A stretch of DNA of 64,000 bases from Planctomycetota bacterium (GTDB lineage: Bacteria > Planctomycetota > Brocadiia > SM23-32), in the NCBI GenBank assembly GCA_021161675.1, contig JAGHAF010000030.1:9376-73375 (forward strand). Direction: 5' to 3'. A program made the translations under genes and the position numbers. A model generated the notes under the pieces. It was given only the letters and a program-made list of their open reading frames with translations. It was not told where the DNA came from and made no database searches. Below are positions 39,369 through 49,879 of the stretch, in pieces (the stretch's first letter is position 1; each line of letters opens with the position of its first letter).

Positions 39369-40184
39369 CTATTCCTTGCGCAGCGGTTCATTCAGGCTCC
39401 CCGACCTGTAGCCCTGGAGGTCAAGCGTGACGTAGACAAACCCCAGGGCCTTGAATTCCTCCACCACCTTCGCGTTCACCTCCGGTTCGGCAAGCCGGTG
39501 GACACGGTCGGCCTCCACTTCTATGCGCGCCAGGGCGCCATGGCTCCTGACCCTGACCTGGCTGAATCCCATTTGCCTGAGCAGCTTCTCGGCCTGCTCC
39601 ACGCGGGCGAGTTTCTCAGCCGTTATCGCCTCCCCGTAGGGGAAGCGCGAGGCCAGGCACGCCATCGAGGGACGGTCCCAGGTTGGCAGACCCATTTCCT
39701 TGGACAGCGCTCGGATGTCGGCCTTCGTGAGGCTGGCCTCCACGAGGGGGCTCTTCACCCCCGCCTCCTTGGCGGCTTTCGTGCCGGGCCGGAAGTCCGA
39801 GCAGTCGTCGAGGTTGGTCGCATCGAGCACAAAGGCGATGCCTTCGCGCTGCGCAATGTCCAGCAGCCTTCGGAACAACTCCCTTTTGCAGTAGTAGCAG
39901 CGCTGGGGCGGGTTCGCTGAGAAGTCCTCGTCAGCCAACTCATCTGTGGAGATCGTCTCATGTCTCACGCCCAGCGAACGCGCTATCCGGCGCGCCTCCT
40001 GGAGTTCCTCCTGCGGATAGATCGCAGAGGCAGCCGTAACGGCGAGGACTTTGCCGTTCAACACGTCGGCCGCGACTTTGAGCAGGAACGTGCTGTCAAC
40101 GCCGCCGGAGTACGCTATCAGGGCGCTGGCCATGCGGCCGAGTGTCGCGCGCAGGCTCTGGAGTTTTTTTTGTGTCGCGATCAT
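39369..40184 (-). CDS. PP-loop ATP pyrophosphatase (TIGR00268/LarE-like putative sulfur transferase)
   Basis: AYSGGVDST PP-loop and conserved CYYCK motif. Confidence 0.65.
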   Translation of the reverse strand: MIATQKKLQSLRATLGRMASALIAYSGGVDSTFLLKVAADVLNGKVLAVTAASAIYPQEELQEARRIARSLGVRHETISTDELADEDFSANPPQRCYYCKRELFRRLLDIAQREGIAFVLDATNLDDCSDFRPGTKAAKEAGVKSPLVEASLTKADIRALSKEMGLPTWDRPSMACLASRFPYGEAITAEKLARVEQAEKLLRQMGFSQVRVRSHGALARIEVEADRVHRLAEPEVNAKVVEEFKALGFVYVTLDLQGYRSGSLNEPLRKE

Positions 40185-41257
40185 TCCACAATCCCTCCGC
40201 CCAGAACGGTGTCGCCGTCGTAGAAAACCGCCGATTGCCCGGAGGCGACCGCCGCCTGCGGCGCCTGAAACGCCACCTCCGCGCAGCCGTCCCCATCTGG
40301 GGCGACGAGAGCCGGGACCTCCGGCTGGCGGTAACGGACCTTTACCGTGACATTCAGCGGGCCTTCCGGCCTCTCGAAAGCAATCCAGTTCATATTCGTG
40401 ACACGCAGCCTGGAGAGCATCAGTTCCTTCCGTGCGCCAACAACGACCGTTCTGAGCGCCGGCTGGACGGCGAGAACGTACAGGGCCTCAGCGGCCGCAA
40501 TGCCCAGGCCCTTGCGCTGGCCCACGGTGTAGAAGGCGACCCCGCTGTGCTCGCCCAGCACGTCGCCGCGCGTGTTCACTATGGGTCCGGGCTGGAGTGA
40601 CTCCGAGAATCTTTCCGCCAGGAACCGCCGGTAGTCTCCGTCCGCGACAAAGCAGACGTCCTGGCTTGCAGGCCTGTCATGAACCGCCAGCCCAAAGGAC
40701 TTCGCCCGTTTTCGTGTCTCCTCTTTGGTCATCTCACCCAACGGGAACATGGCGCGTGAAAGCTGCTCTTGGGAAAGCGAATAAAGGAAGTAAGACTGGT
40801 CTTTAGCGGCGTCCAGCCCCTTTTTCAGCAGATACCTGCCCGTGCGCCTGTCGCGGCAGAGCCTGGCGTAATGGCCCGTCGCTACGCCAGCGGCGCCGAG
40901 GGAATCCGCAAAGTCGAGAAGCCGCCCGAACTTCACGGCGCGATTGCACTCCACGCATGGGTTCGGCGTCCTCCCCGCCAGGTAGGCGCGGCAGAAATAA
41001 TCAACGACCGTTTCCTCAAAGAACTCCACGTAATCGAGCGCGTAGAACGGGATGCCGATGACGGAGGCCGCGCGGCGCGCCACGTCCGCTCCTGCGACCC
41101 CGCAGCAGCCACGCCGGCCTTCCCCGGGCGAGCCCGGATTCGCCAGCTTCAGCGTGACGCCTATCGCCTCACACTCCTGCGCCTTGAGCAACGCGGCGGC
41201 GGTCGAAGAGTCCACCCCGCCGGACATCGCTACCAGTATTGGCTTTTGAGCCGTCAT
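40181..41257 (-). CDS. mnmA: tRNA-specific 2-thiouridylase MnmA
   Basis: VAMSGGVDSS PP-loop, 358 aa with catalytic Cys positions. Confidence 0.85.
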   Translation of the reverse strand: MTAQKPILVAMSGGVDSSTAAALLKAQECEAIGVTLKLANPGSPGEGRRGCCGVAGADVARRAASVIGIPFYALDYVEFFEETVVDYFCRAYLAGRTPNPCVECNRAVKFGRLLDFADSLGAAGVATGHYARLCRDRRTGRYLLKKGLDAAKDQSYFLYSLSQEQLSRAMFPLGEMTKEETRKRAKSFGLAVHDRPASQDVCFVADGDYRRFLAERFSESLQPGPIVNTRGDVLGEHSGVAFYTVGQRKGLGIAAAEALYVLAVQPALRTVVVGARKELMLSRLRVTNMNWIAFERPEGPLNVTVKVRYRQPEVPALVAPDGDGCAEVAFQAPQAAVASGQSAVFYDGDTVLGGGIVE

Positions 41258-41259
41258 CT

Positions 41260-42174
41260 CTACGCCTTCACTGTTTCCACCATTCTATCAACGGCCGCGG
41301 CGGCCCTTGCCCTGACGGCCTCCGGCACTCGCACCTCGTGCTTCATCTCCTCCAGAGACCACAGGACATTCTGGAGGTCTATTCGTTTCATGTTCGGACA
41401 GACTGCGGCTTCCGACGCGGGGTAAAATCGTTTCCCGGGGTTCTCCTTTCGCAGACGATGCAGCAAGCCGACCTCCGTGCCCATGATCAGCTCCTCGCTC
41501 GAGCATTCCCGAGCATAACGGCACATACCGCCGGTGGAAAGGGTGCGGTCGGCCAATGCGACCACCTCCGCAGTGCATTCCGGGTGAACCATCACCTCGG
41601 CCCCTGGATGTTCCTGCTTCAGGCGCAGGATATCCGCCGCGAGAATCCTGACGTGGGTGGGGCAGTAGCCGTCGTAAAGGATCAGGCTCCGGCCGGTTTG
41701 GGACGCCACGTAGGAGCCCAGGTATTTGTCGGGAAAGAAGATTATCTCCGTTTCGGCTTCTATGGACTCCACGACGTCCACGGCGTTCGCTGAAGTGCAG
41801 CAGTAGTCGCTCTCTGCTTTCACCGCAGCGCTGGAGTTCACGTAGCTCACAACGACGGCTCCGGGGCGGCGAGCTTTCATCTCCAGCAGGCGCTCCACGG
41901 GCGCCATGTCTACCATCGGGCAGCCGGCGCGGACGTCCGGGATCAGAACGCTCTTATCGGGGCACAGGATCGAGGCCGTCTCGGCCATGAAGTAGACCCC
42001 GCAAAAGACAATTACGCCGGCCTCGCTCGCGGCAGCCTTCCGGCTCAAGCCCAGCGAATCGCCGACGTAGTCGGCAATATCCTGCACCTCCGGCAACTGG
42101 TAGTTGTGCGCCAGGATAATGGCGCCCCTCCGCTCCTTGAGCGCCCTGATTCGTTCAGTGATGGACTTTCTCAA
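41260..42174 (-). CDS. nadA: quinolinate synthase NadA
   Basis: 304 aa, ILAHNYQ motif and three conserved Cys. Confidence 0.85.
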   Translation of the reverse strand: MRKSITERIRALKERRGAIILAHNYQLPEVQDIADYVGDSLGLSRKAAASEAGVIVFCGVYFMAETASILCPDKSVLIPDVRAGCPMVDMAPVERLLEMKARRPGAVVVSYVNSSAAVKAESDYCCTSANAVDVVESIEAETEIIFFPDKYLGSYVASQTGRSLILYDGYCPTHVRILAADILRLKQEHPGAEVMVHPECTAEVVALADRTLSTGGMCRYARECSSEELIMGTEVGLLHRLRKENPGKRFYPASEAAVCPNMKRIDLQNVLWSLEEMKHEVRVPEAVRARAAAAVDRMVETVKA

Positions 42175-43370
42175 CTCTCTACCCCCCCCGCTTCTTGCGC
42201 ATACAGGGGAGACATCTGACGGAGACGCTGGACGATCTCAATCAGCGACTCCACCACAAAGTCCATTTCCTCCTCGGTGTTATCACGGCCGAGTGAGAAC
42301 CGCAGGCTTCCCTGCGCCAGGGACGGCTCCACACCCATTGCGGCCAGGACGTGCGACGGCTCAAGCGTTCCAGACGTACACGCGGAGCCCGTTGACACGG
42401 CAATCCCACGCATGTCCAGGTTGAGAAGCAGCGACTCACCCTCGATGAAGGCGAAGCTCATGTTCAGCACGTTCGGAAGCCTTCTCTCCGGGGGGCCGTT
42501 CAGATGTACGTGTGCTATTTTCTCTCGTATTCCGCGTTCAAGGCGATCCCTGAGCGCGGCCAACCGGGGGGCGACGCAAGGTATTTCCCCTGTTGCGAGT
42601 TGCACGGCCTTTGCAAGGCCCACGATCGAAGCGACGTTTTCAGTTCCGGCGCGCCGATGGCCTTCATGATGTCCGCCATGGATTATCGGGTCGAATCGCG
42701 AGCCGCTGCGAACGTAGAGCGCGCCGATGCCCTTGGGAGCGTATATCTTATGCCCGGAGAGCGTGAGCAAGTCAACGCCCAATTCTTCCACGTCCACTGG
42801 AATCTTTCCAAGGGCCTGCACCGCATCCGTATGCAGCAGAACGCCCCTCTCTTTCGTAATCTCCGCGATTTCCGCAAGGGGCTCAATCGTTCCGGTTTCG
42901 TTGTTCGCCAGCATTATGGTCACAAGCGTCGTGTCCGGCCGGATCGCATCTTCGAGGACCGCCGGCTCAACGATCCCGAAACGGTCAACCGGCAGATACG
43001 TCACCTCGTAGCCTTCACCCTCGAGGAACTTACAGGAATTCAGGACGGCGTGATGCTCGATCTGCGAGGTGATCAGGCGCTTTCCTTTCTTGCGGTTTGC
43101 ATGCGCTACGCCTTTGATGGCAAGGTTATCCCCCTCGGTGCCGCCGCCGGTGAAGTATATCTCCTTCGCCTTGGCCCCGAGGCAAGCGGCGACGGCTTCC
43201 CTTGCGTCCTCGAGCGCTTTCTTTGCGCTTTGCCCGAACCTGTGAATGCTAGAGGCGTTCCCGAAGGTCTCCGAGAAATAGGGCAGCATCGCCTCCAGGA
43301 CTTCCTGGCGCACGGGCGTCGTCGCAGAATGATCCAGATAAATCGGCTTCATGTTCCTATATCCCCGCAC
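42171..43370 (-). CDS. cysteine desulfurase (NifS/IscS family)
   Basis: PLP fold-type [11 protein letters not shown] lysine motif, C-terminal active-site Cys loop (STGSACTSG). Confidence 0.85.
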   Translation of the reverse strand: MRGYRNMKPIYLDHSATTPVRQEVLEAMLPYFSETFGNASSIHRFGQSAKKALEDAREAVAACLGAKAKEIYFTGGGTEGDNLAIKGVAHANRKKGKRLITSQIEHHAVLNSCKFLEGEGYEVTYLPVDRFGIVEPAVLEDAIRPDTTLVTIMLANNETGTIEPLAEIAEITKERGVLLHTDAVQALGKIPVDVEELGVDLLTLSGHKIYAPKGIGALYVRSGSRFDPIIHGGHHEGHRRAGTENVASIVGLAKAVQLATGEIPCVAPRLAALRDRLERGIREKIAHVHLNGPPERRLPNVLNMSFAFIEGESLLLNLDMRGIAVSTGSACTSGTLEPSHVLAAMGVEPSLAQGSLRFSLGRDNTEEEMDFVVESLIEIVQRLRQMSPLYAQEAGGVES

Positions 43371-44070
43371 CGTCCTGCAAGGCCATTGAATGCCGCAGGA
43401 CTACAGATGGTTGTTCACGCCAACACTCGGCCGCAGCGCCCTGCTCAACTGTGGCAAGGCGCTCGTTGATCCGTTCCTGTTCCGCTTCGATTTTGCCAAA
43501 CATCTCCAACACGGGGTCCGGCAGGTTAGCGTGCTCCAGCGCCGCGGAAGCCCCGCGCTTCTCCCGTATGTCCCGCCCCGGAACACCCACTACGGTGGCC
43601 CCGGGCGAGACTGACCTGATGACAACAGATCCGGCGCCTATCCGCGCCTTCTCCCCGACGACGATCGGCCCCAGCAGCACCGCTCCCGCACCGATCACAA
43701 CGCCGTCCTGGACAGTGGGGTGCCGCTTTTTTTTCTCCAGCGACGTCCCGCCCAGAACCACCCCCTGGTACATCAGCACGTCGGCTCCTATCTCAGCCGT
43801 CTCTCCTATCACCACCCCCATGCCGTGATCAATAAAGAACCTCCTGCCTATCCTCGCGCCGGGATGTATCTCAATGCCCGTCAGGAAACGGCTCACGTGA
43901 GATAGCAGCCGCCCAAACAGCCGCAGCTTGTGCGTCCAGAGCCAATGCGCCGCCCGATGCAACCATGTCGCGTGAAGCCCCGGGTAGCATAGAAGCACCT
44001 CGAGGACGCCCCTCGCGGCGGGGTCCTCCCGAAAGACCGTTCTGATGTCTTCTCTTATCCGGCTCAACAA
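43357..44070 (-). CDS. cysE: serine O-acetyltransferase
   Basis: Left-handed beta-helix hexapeptide repeats, 237 aa. Confidence 0.8.
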   Translation of the reverse strand: MLSRIREDIRTVFREDPAARGVLEVLLCYPGLHATWLHRAAHWLWTHKLRLFGRLLSHVSRFLTGIEIHPGARIGRRFFIDHGMGVVIGETAEIGADVLMYQGVVLGGTSLEKKKRHPTVQDGVVIGAGAVLLGPIVVGEKARIGAGSVVIRSVSPGATVVGVPGRDIREKRGASAALEHANLPDPVLEMFGKIEAEQERINERLATVEQGAAAECWREQPSVVLRHSMALQDGAGI

Positions 44071-44086
44071 TGTCCGCTCTCCTCGA

Positions 44087-45013
44087 CTATTGCTGGAACA
44101 GCCAGGTAGTCAGGTATCGTTCGCCCGTATCGGGCAGGATCGCCACGATCAGCTTCCCCGCGTTCTCCTCACGCTGCGCCAGATGGACGGCCGCGTGCGC
44201 CGCGGCGCCCGAAGATATCCCCGCCAGGATGCCTTCCTCCTTTGCCAACCGCCGGGCCATTTCACCGGCTTGAGCGCTCGAAACCTGGATCACCTCATCC
44301 ACCAGCTCCATTCGCAGCACATCAGGGACGAAGCCCGCCCCGATGCCCTGTATCTTGTGGGGCCCCGGCTTCCCGCCGGAAAGCGCCGGCGAGTCCTGCG
44401 GCTCCACCGCGACCGCCAGGAACCCGGGCTTACGCGGCTTGATCGCCTCGGCGATGCCGGTTATCGTCCCGCCGGTCCCGACGCCCGAAACGAGGATGTC
44501 AACCTCGCCGTCGGTGTCTTTCCAGATTTCCTCGGCCGTCGTCTCGCGATGCACAGCCGGATTGGCCGGGTTCTTGAACTGCTGCGGCATGTAAGCGTGC
44601 GGGGTTGCGCGCAACAGTTGCCCGGCCTTCTCGATGGCGCCGGGCATGCCTTCTGCGCCGGGGGTCAGCACAAGCTCGGCTCCCAGGACCTGCAGCAGTT
44701 GGCGCCGTTCCACGCTCATGGTGTCCGGCATCGTCAGGGTCAGCCTGTAGCCCCGGGCGGCGCACACGAACGCCAGGGCAATGCCCGTATTGCCACTTGT
44801 CGGTTCGATGATCACCGTGTCCCGCCCTATCAGCCCGCGCTGCTCGGCGTCATCTATCATGCTGAGCGCGATCCTGTCCTTGACGCTGCCGCACGGGTTG
44901 AAGGACTCAAGCTTGCCCACGACCCGGGCGCCGGCGTCTTGAGCAATCCGAGCAAGGCGCACGAGCGGCGTGCCACCGACGGTTTCCGTAATGTCCTGGT
45001 AGATTCTTGCCAT
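44087..45013 (-). CDS. cysK: cysteine synthase A (O-acetylserine sulfhydrylase)
   Basis: PLP fold-type II, KDR lysine motif (SVKDRIA), GTGGT loop. Confidence 0.85.
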   Translation of the reverse strand: MARIYQDITETVGGTPLVRLARIAQDAGARVVGKLESFNPCGSVKDRIALSMIDDAEQRGLIGRDTVIIEPTSGNTGIALAFVCAARGYRLTLTMPDTMSVERRQLLQVLGAELVLTPGAEGMPGAIEKAGQLLRATPHAYMPQQFKNPANPAVHRETTAEEIWKDTDGEVDILVSGVGTGGTITGIAEAIKPRKPGFLAVAVEPQDSPALSGGKPGPHKIQGIGAGFVPDVLRMELVDEVIQVSSAQAGEMARRLAKEEGILAGISSGAAAHAAVHLAQREENAGKLIVAILPDTGERYLTTWLFQQ

Positions 45014-45049
45014 TCAATCGTCCCTCCAGGTTGGTTTCAAGTTCTTCAT

Positions 45050-45493
45050 TCAGATGTGATACATCAGGCAGTGCGGACCAACCTTCTGCCCCTTCCTTTC
45101 GACCAGGTCTTGAAGGCTCGTGTTCTGGAGAACGTTCTCGATGGACTCCTTCAGTTCCACCCACGTATCGCGGGTCGGGCAAACGTTCTTCATGGGACAC
45201 GCGCCCGGCTCATCCACGCAATCCGTCGGCGCGGTGTCCCCCTCGAGAACATGGTAGATATCATTGAGGCTAATGCTTGCCGGCGGCCTTGCCAGGGAGT
45301 AGCCGCCCTGCACACCACGGTGGGCCACTATCAGGCCCGCCGCCTTCAGCCTGGACACAATCTGCTCCAGATACTTAGCGGAAACGCCCTCCCTCTGCGC
45401 TATGTCTCGCACTGAGACCGTGCCGTCAGGGAAAGCCACGCCAAGATCGACCATGGCCCTCGCTCCGTAGCGCACTCTTGTGGAAAGCTTCAT
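45050..45493 (-). CDS. Rrf2-family transcriptional regulator, IscR-like (three Cys)
   Basis: MKLSTRVRYG N-terminus, wHTH, and CxxxxxCxxxxC cysteines (CVDEPGACPMKNVC). Confidence 0.8.
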   Translation of the reverse strand: MKLSTRVRYGARAMVDLGVAFPDGTVSVRDIAQREGVSAKYLEQIVSRLKAAGLIVAHRGVQGGYSLARPPASISLNDIYHVLEGDTAPTDCVDEPGACPMKNVCPTRDTWVELKESIENVLQNTSLQDLVERKGQKVGPHCLMYHI

Positions 45494-45706
45494 AAGACGC
45501 CTCTCGCATCAAGTATTCCTACCGACACGCTATGATTTTACCAACTCCAGCTACCCGTGTCAAGACATTGCAGAAAATCTGAGAGAATCGCCCCTGTTTC
45601 GCGACGCGGACTTCGAAGCTGAGGCCGCGTAAAGGCGCCCCCGCCCTTTTCCTACTCTTCTACGGGCCGCTGCGACAGAATCCTTGTCACGCAAGGCGCC
45701 CCTCGT

Positions 45707-46564
45707 TCATTGTTCTGTCGAATCGGACTCGGCCGACTTGCTCTCCTGGATGGCCCACTCCAGTTGCTCCTCCAATTCTTCCAGCTCTATCAGCATGGAA
45801 GCGCGCACGGAATGGGCCGGCAGGCGGCTCTTGAGGTCTTCTATTCTCCTCCTCAATTCGTCCGCCTGGCTCGGAGCGGGTCTGCTGGCGTATATGTGCG
45901 AGCAGTCGTCGAGGCTGGTCTCGGCGTCGAGGTTTTCGACCTGAAGGGGCCGAACGTCGTAGCCAATTCCTGTCAGCAAAGTTGTGACATCGTCCGCTGA
46001 GTGCCCGAGCTCTTTGAGATACTCACGATGGAGTTCACAGAATATCTGTGGCCCCTGCTCCTCGAGAATTCGCTTCGCGCCCCGGAGAACGAGCAGCTCG
46101 CTGCCTTCGCAGTCCAGGTATAGAAGGTCGACTCTGTCGATCTTGTGCTCCGCCACAAAGTCAGCTATGTTCGTAGCTTCCACCCGCAACATCTCTGCGT
46201 CTTCCGCCGGCGTTATGCCGCTTTCTCCGCCACGCTTGTAGAGCTCGATGCGCCCTGGCTGGTTGCTCAGGGCAAGCTGGTGGGCGCTCACGTTCTGCGC
46301 GTCATTACGCACGAGGCTCGCCTTCAGCTCTTCATAGAACTCGGGCACGGGTTCGAAGGTGTACAGGCGCCCTTCACTGCCAATCTCTCTGGCTATGGCA
46401 ACGGCAGTCACGCCCCGGTTGGCGCCTGCCTCGATGACGTGCATGCCCGGCCTCAGAACAGAGCGCAGAAACTCCACCTCTCCTGCCTCGTGCGGGCTGT
46501 TCTGCAGTTCGCGCCGGAACTCCTCAGACTCAAGGACGAATTCATTCATCCGCTTTCTTTCCAC
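45707..46564 (-). CDS. FkbM-family methyltransferase
   Basis: VIEAGANRG, LYTFEP and DLLYLDCEGSE motifs. Confidence 0.6.
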   Translation of the reverse strand: MERKRMNEFVLESEEFRRELQNSPHEAGEVEFLRSVLRPGMHVIEAGANRGVTAVAIAREIGSEGRLYTFEPVPEFYEELKASLVRNDAQNVSAHQLALSNQPGRIELYKRGGESGITPAEDAEMLRVEATNIADFVAEHKIDRVDLLYLDCEGSELLVLRGAKRILEEQGPQIFCELHREYLKELGHSADDVTTLLTGIGYDVRPLQVENLDAETSLDDCSHIYASRPAPSQADELRRRIEDLKSRLPAHSVRASMLIELEELEEQLEWAIQESKSAESDSTEQ

Positions 46565-47114
46565 CGACTTTCAGAGGGTATTCTTTCTCCCCTGCGCGAA
46601 TGGAGACCTCGAGCCAGTTCTCCGGGGGGACGAACGGGCATGCGTAGTCTTCGCTGTATGCGCACCACGGATTATAGGCGGCATTCAGATCGAGGATCCA
46701 TTTGCCTTCCTTCGTGAGGTGCTCATATGGCTTCAGGTCCAAATATCTGCCTGCTCCGTAGCTCTCCGCGCCGCTTGTTGCGTCCTTGAATGGTACGAAA
46801 AGTCCCTCTTCATTAGGATCGCTCTTGTAGGCTTGAAGGACATATCGCTGACCGGCCACATCGAAAGCAAATGCCCCCCAACGCAACAGTTCTCTTACGC
46901 GGCCAGCGGTATCGCCTACGTGGAGGATCTGCTTTTCTTTGTGCTCGTCCATCTTGATCTCGTTGCGATACGCTGGATCGGGCGGCCAGTAGGCCAGCCC
47001 CCGGAAGATACGGCGGTCCTCCGCAGATAAGGGCGATTGCGGATGAGAAGCGAAGAAAATATCCTTGCGCCTTCTTTCCGCCTCAACCCGTTTTTTCCAT
47101 GTGTCTACGTCCAT
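46542..47114 (-). CDS. DUF1684-family protein
   Basis: Conserved YxLNPWCAY...YACPFVPPENWL pattern, 190 aa. Confidence 0.55.
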   Translation of the reverse strand: MDVDTWKKRVEAERRRKDIFFASHPQSPLSAEDRRIFRGLAYWPPDPAYRNEIKMDEHKEKQILHVGDTAGRVRELLRWGAFAFDVAGQRYVLQAYKSDPNEEGLFVPFKDATSGAESYGAGRYLDLKPYEHLTKEGKWILDLNAAYNPWCAYSEDYACPFVPPENWLEVSIRAGEKEYPLKVGGKKADE

Positions 47115-47147
47115 TGCCTTCTCCGTTCGTCCCTCTTAGCGCCTCTG

Positions 47148-47321
47148 CTATTCGGGGAGCGAGAGAGCGTTGTTCGGACATGCTTCAACGCACCTACCAC
47201 ACTCCGTGCACAGCTCAGCGCTCACTACCGCCACATCCGCGACGCTGATCGCTCCCTGAGGGCATTCATCCTCGCAAATACCACATGCCACGCATTTGTC
47301 TCCGTCAACGATCGCAGCCAT
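47148..47321 (-). CDS. small 2x[4Fe-4S] ferredoxin (57 aa; not in the ORF track)
   Basis: Minus-strand translation MAAIVDGDKCVACGICEDECPQGAISVADVAVVSAELCTECGRCVEACPNNALSLPE* carries two CxxCxxCxxxCP motifs. AGGAGA RBS 7 nt upstream. Confidence 0.75.
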   Translation of the reverse strand: MAAIVDGDKCVACGICEDECPQGAISVADVAVVSAELCTECGRCVEACPNNALSLPE

Positions 47322-47363
47322 TTCAATTCTCCTGCTATTTGCTGTATTCAGCCGCCTTTCTGC

Positions 47364-47585
47364 TCAGTGGCGTTCCTTACTCGCTGGAGCAGTGGCGCGC
47401 TTTTCCACGGTGACCACAGATTCCATGAAATCAACGCTTAGGATTTCCGCATCCAGTTCGGCGGTATTGCCGAACAGATCAATTATTCGCAGCCCTCCGG
47501 CTGTGCGCTCGATCCGGGCGACATCGCCGAAGACATCCGGTCCCTGTTCTTCCACACCAGCAAACTCTATTCGCGCCAGGCACAT
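47364..47585 (-). CDS. CooT-like small nickel-binding protein
   Basis: 73 aa starting MC (Cys2 is the Ni ligand in CooT). Gly/Asp/Val pattern resembles the CooT beta-barrel. Located next to cooC. Confidence 0.5.
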   Translation of the reverse strand: MCLARIEFAGVEEQGPDVFGDVARIERTAGGLRIIDLFGNTAELDAEILSVDFMESVVTVEKRATAPASKERH

Positions 47586-47787
47586 GATCGTGCTCCCATG
47601 AAGTGAGCCGTGTCAAGACAAAAATTCGAGGCTTCGGTGCGTGGAGTCGACCAATCTCCCATTCGCGCTCGTCCACGCCATTGCGGGGCCGCACACTAAG
47701 CTGGTCCTGTCTGGAGGGGACGCCCATTCTCCTTTTCGCGCCTGCCCTTACGGGCGGCGAGGTAGTGGACATGCGGGCTCCTTTCGC

Positions 47788-48597
47788 TCAATTGCCTTTT
47801 GGGGCCTCAGCGACGGCCAGGATGGAATCCACGAACGATCGGACTTCATCTGCAACCGGTTCCACATTCAGCGCCTTCCCCTCCAGCCCGCCCAGCAGGA
47901 ACTCCTGGCGGAAGGGTATCGCCGAAAGCGCCTGAACGCCCCGCCGCTCGAGGGCCCCTCGGAGCTGGGCCCCAATCTTTTCACTGCTGACTTTGTTCAG
48001 AACCGCTCCCGCGAATCTGGCCCCCGCTTGCGAGGCCAGCGCTTTGATCCGTTCGGCCAAAGTGACAGACTCCAGAGACGGCTCGGCAACCACCATCACT
48101 GCATCGACGCTCGTCTCTACGCCACGGCCGAAATGCTCCACGCCGGCTTCCATGTCCACGACCACAACCTCGTCGTCATCTGTGCGCACCTTCTTGAGAA
48201 ACTCCCGGCTCAGCACACCCATCGGACATGCGCATCCCTCCAGGGCCTGATGGATCTTCCCGATGCACACCAGCCCGACGCCGTCCGCCCATTGCACGTA
48301 GGCGTCTGGCAGCTCGTCCGTGCGGAACTCGTCGCGCGCCAACACAGACTTCTCCCGGTCATCAGCGTCCTCCGTGAAGCCTGTGCGCAGGACGCGCTGA
48401 ATGCTCTTTTTCCCGCCAGCCAGTTCCATCAAGGGGTTGGGCGGCTCGTCGAGGCCGAGCATCCAGTAAAGCCCCGCATTCGATTCGTCTGAATCGACCA
48501 CCAGCACCCGTTTCCCTCTCCTTTGGAGTTCCGCCGCCAGAAGGGCGACCACAGTGCTCTTGCCGCTGCCGCCTTTCCCACAGATACATATCTTCAT
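47788..48597 (-). CDS. cooC: CooC/AcsF-family nickel-insertion ATPase (MinD/ParA fold)
   Basis: Start MKICICGKGGSGKST (deviant Walker A). Internal GCAC motif matches the CooC CxC Ni site. The tracked ORF extends 24 codons upstream. Confidence 0.7.
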   Translation of the reverse strand: MKICICGKGGSGKSTVVALLAAELQRRGKRVLVVDSDESNAGLYWMLGLDEPPNPLMELAGGKKSIQRVLRTGFTEDADDREKSVLARDEFRTDELPDAYVQWADGVGLVCIGKIHQALEGCACPMGVLSREFLKKVRTDDDEVVVVDMEAGVEHFGRGVETSVDAVMVVAEPSLESVTLAERIKALASQAGARFAGAVLNKVSSEKIGAQLRGALERRGVQALSAIPFRQEFLLGGLEGKALNVEPVADEVRSFVDSILAVAEAPKGN

Positions 48598-49235
48598 GCC
48601 ATTTCCTTCCCTGCCGGGCCCTTGCGCCCTTCGGCCCAGATGAGCTGGCCCTGTGCGATAAGCCTGCACTCGACGTCCGTAAAGCCCGCCTTCCTCAGCA
48701 GTTCCACGACTTCGGTTGGTGTCAAATAGCTTTCATTCCACAGCCGCTGCGCCAGCGAGTCACGTGGGAAGTCCACCACCAGAATCTCGCCCCCACTACG
48801 CAGAACCCGCCGGGCTTCTCTGAGCACTTCCAGCGGTTCCTGCATCTCGTGAAGGGCGTGTGCGCTCAGCGCAGCATCGACCGAATCGTCGTAGATGAAT
48901 TCAAGCCTCCGCGCATCGGCTTCGCGGCACTCAACACTGCCCTGCCCGCCGGGCTCTTCCGAGAAGCCACTGCCGTAGATGTCCACTCCGACCACGTGCT
49001 GGGCATTCTCGCGGGCCAGAAAACGGGCGAGTTCACAAGAACCGCAGCCGAGGTCGACAACGTGATGGGCGAAACTCAGCCTGGCTGCAATGCGTGCCCG
49101 GATGTCGTGCTCAATTCGCTCGTAGAAATCCTCCGGTACGTCGAGGCTCTCAACTTGATTCTTCTCAGCAGGCATTGATGGCCACTCCACTAGGATAAGG
49201 GCCCGCCCGGGTTCTGCCGGGGGGGGGGGAACCAT
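48594..49235 (-). CDS. class I SAM-dependent methyltransferase
   Basis: VDLGCGSCELARFLA motif I, ~210 aa. Confidence 0.6.
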   Translation of the reverse strand: MVPPPPAEPGRALILVEWPSMPAEKNQVESLDVPEDFYERIEHDIRARIAARLSFAHHVVDLGCGSCELARFLARENAQHVVGVDIYGSGFSEEPGGQGSVECREADARRLEFIYDDSVDAALSAHALHEMQEPLEVLREARRVLRSGGEILVVDFPRDSLAQRLWNESYLTPTEVVELLRKAGFTDVECRLIAQGQLIWAEGRKGPAGKEMA

Positions 49236-49238
49236 CGC

Positions 49239-49877
49239 TCACTTGTGCGCCTCCAGTAGCCGCAGGTAGCCGCGGTAGAAGGGGTAAGACCTGAAGTCTG
49301 CGAATCCAGCCGATCGCAACATCCCCTCCAGGTCCAATTCAAGAAACTCAAGGGCCAACTCGCACTCCACGCGAGTAAAAGCCCAACGCAAGGGGCGCCA
49401 CACCTTTCCCAGATCGAATTCGCTGTAATCCAAAATCCACAGAGCGCCTCCTGGCTTCAACGCCTTGTAAGCGTTCGCAATTATCTGCTCTTTGCTGTCA
49501 TTCTCGAACCCGTGAAAGACAAAAAAGAGGCACGCCTTGTCAAACTCGGCGTCAAGATTGAGAGGGCGTTCAATCCGAGCCTTTAGAAAGCCGACCTGCG
49601 GGTATCCTCGGCAGCGGGATCGCGATTGCCGAAGCATTTCCTCGCCGGTGTCAACACCGAGCACGCGCCCGGTGGGCCCGACCATTTTTGTCATCAGGCA
49701 CGCGTTGCGCCCAGTCCCCGACCCAAGGTCCAGTACGCCATCCCCCAGCTTTAACTCCATCCTGGCCAGGACAGCCCGTAGGAAATGGCGATACGTTCCC
49801 AGGAAAAGAAGGTCCATTACCAGATCGTAATGCCGGGCAAAGAAACCGTGCACCTCCACTTTGCTCCGTCGTGTCAT
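49239..49877 (-). CDS. class I SAM-dependent methyltransferase (UbiE/COQ5-like)
   Basis: LDLGSGTGRNA motif I and VGPTGRVLGVD motif. Confidence 0.6.
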   Translation of the reverse strand: MTRRSKVEVHGFFARHYDLVMDLLFLGTYRHFLRAVLARMELKLGDGVLDLGSGTGRNACLMTKMVGPTGRVLGVDTGEEMLRQSRSRCRGYPQVGFLKARIERPLNLDAEFDKACLFFVFHGFENDSKEQIIANAYKALKPGGALWILDYSEFDLGKVWRPLRWAFTRVECELALEFLELDLEGMLRSAGFADFRSYPFYRGYLRLLEAHK

Positions 49878-49879
49878 CT

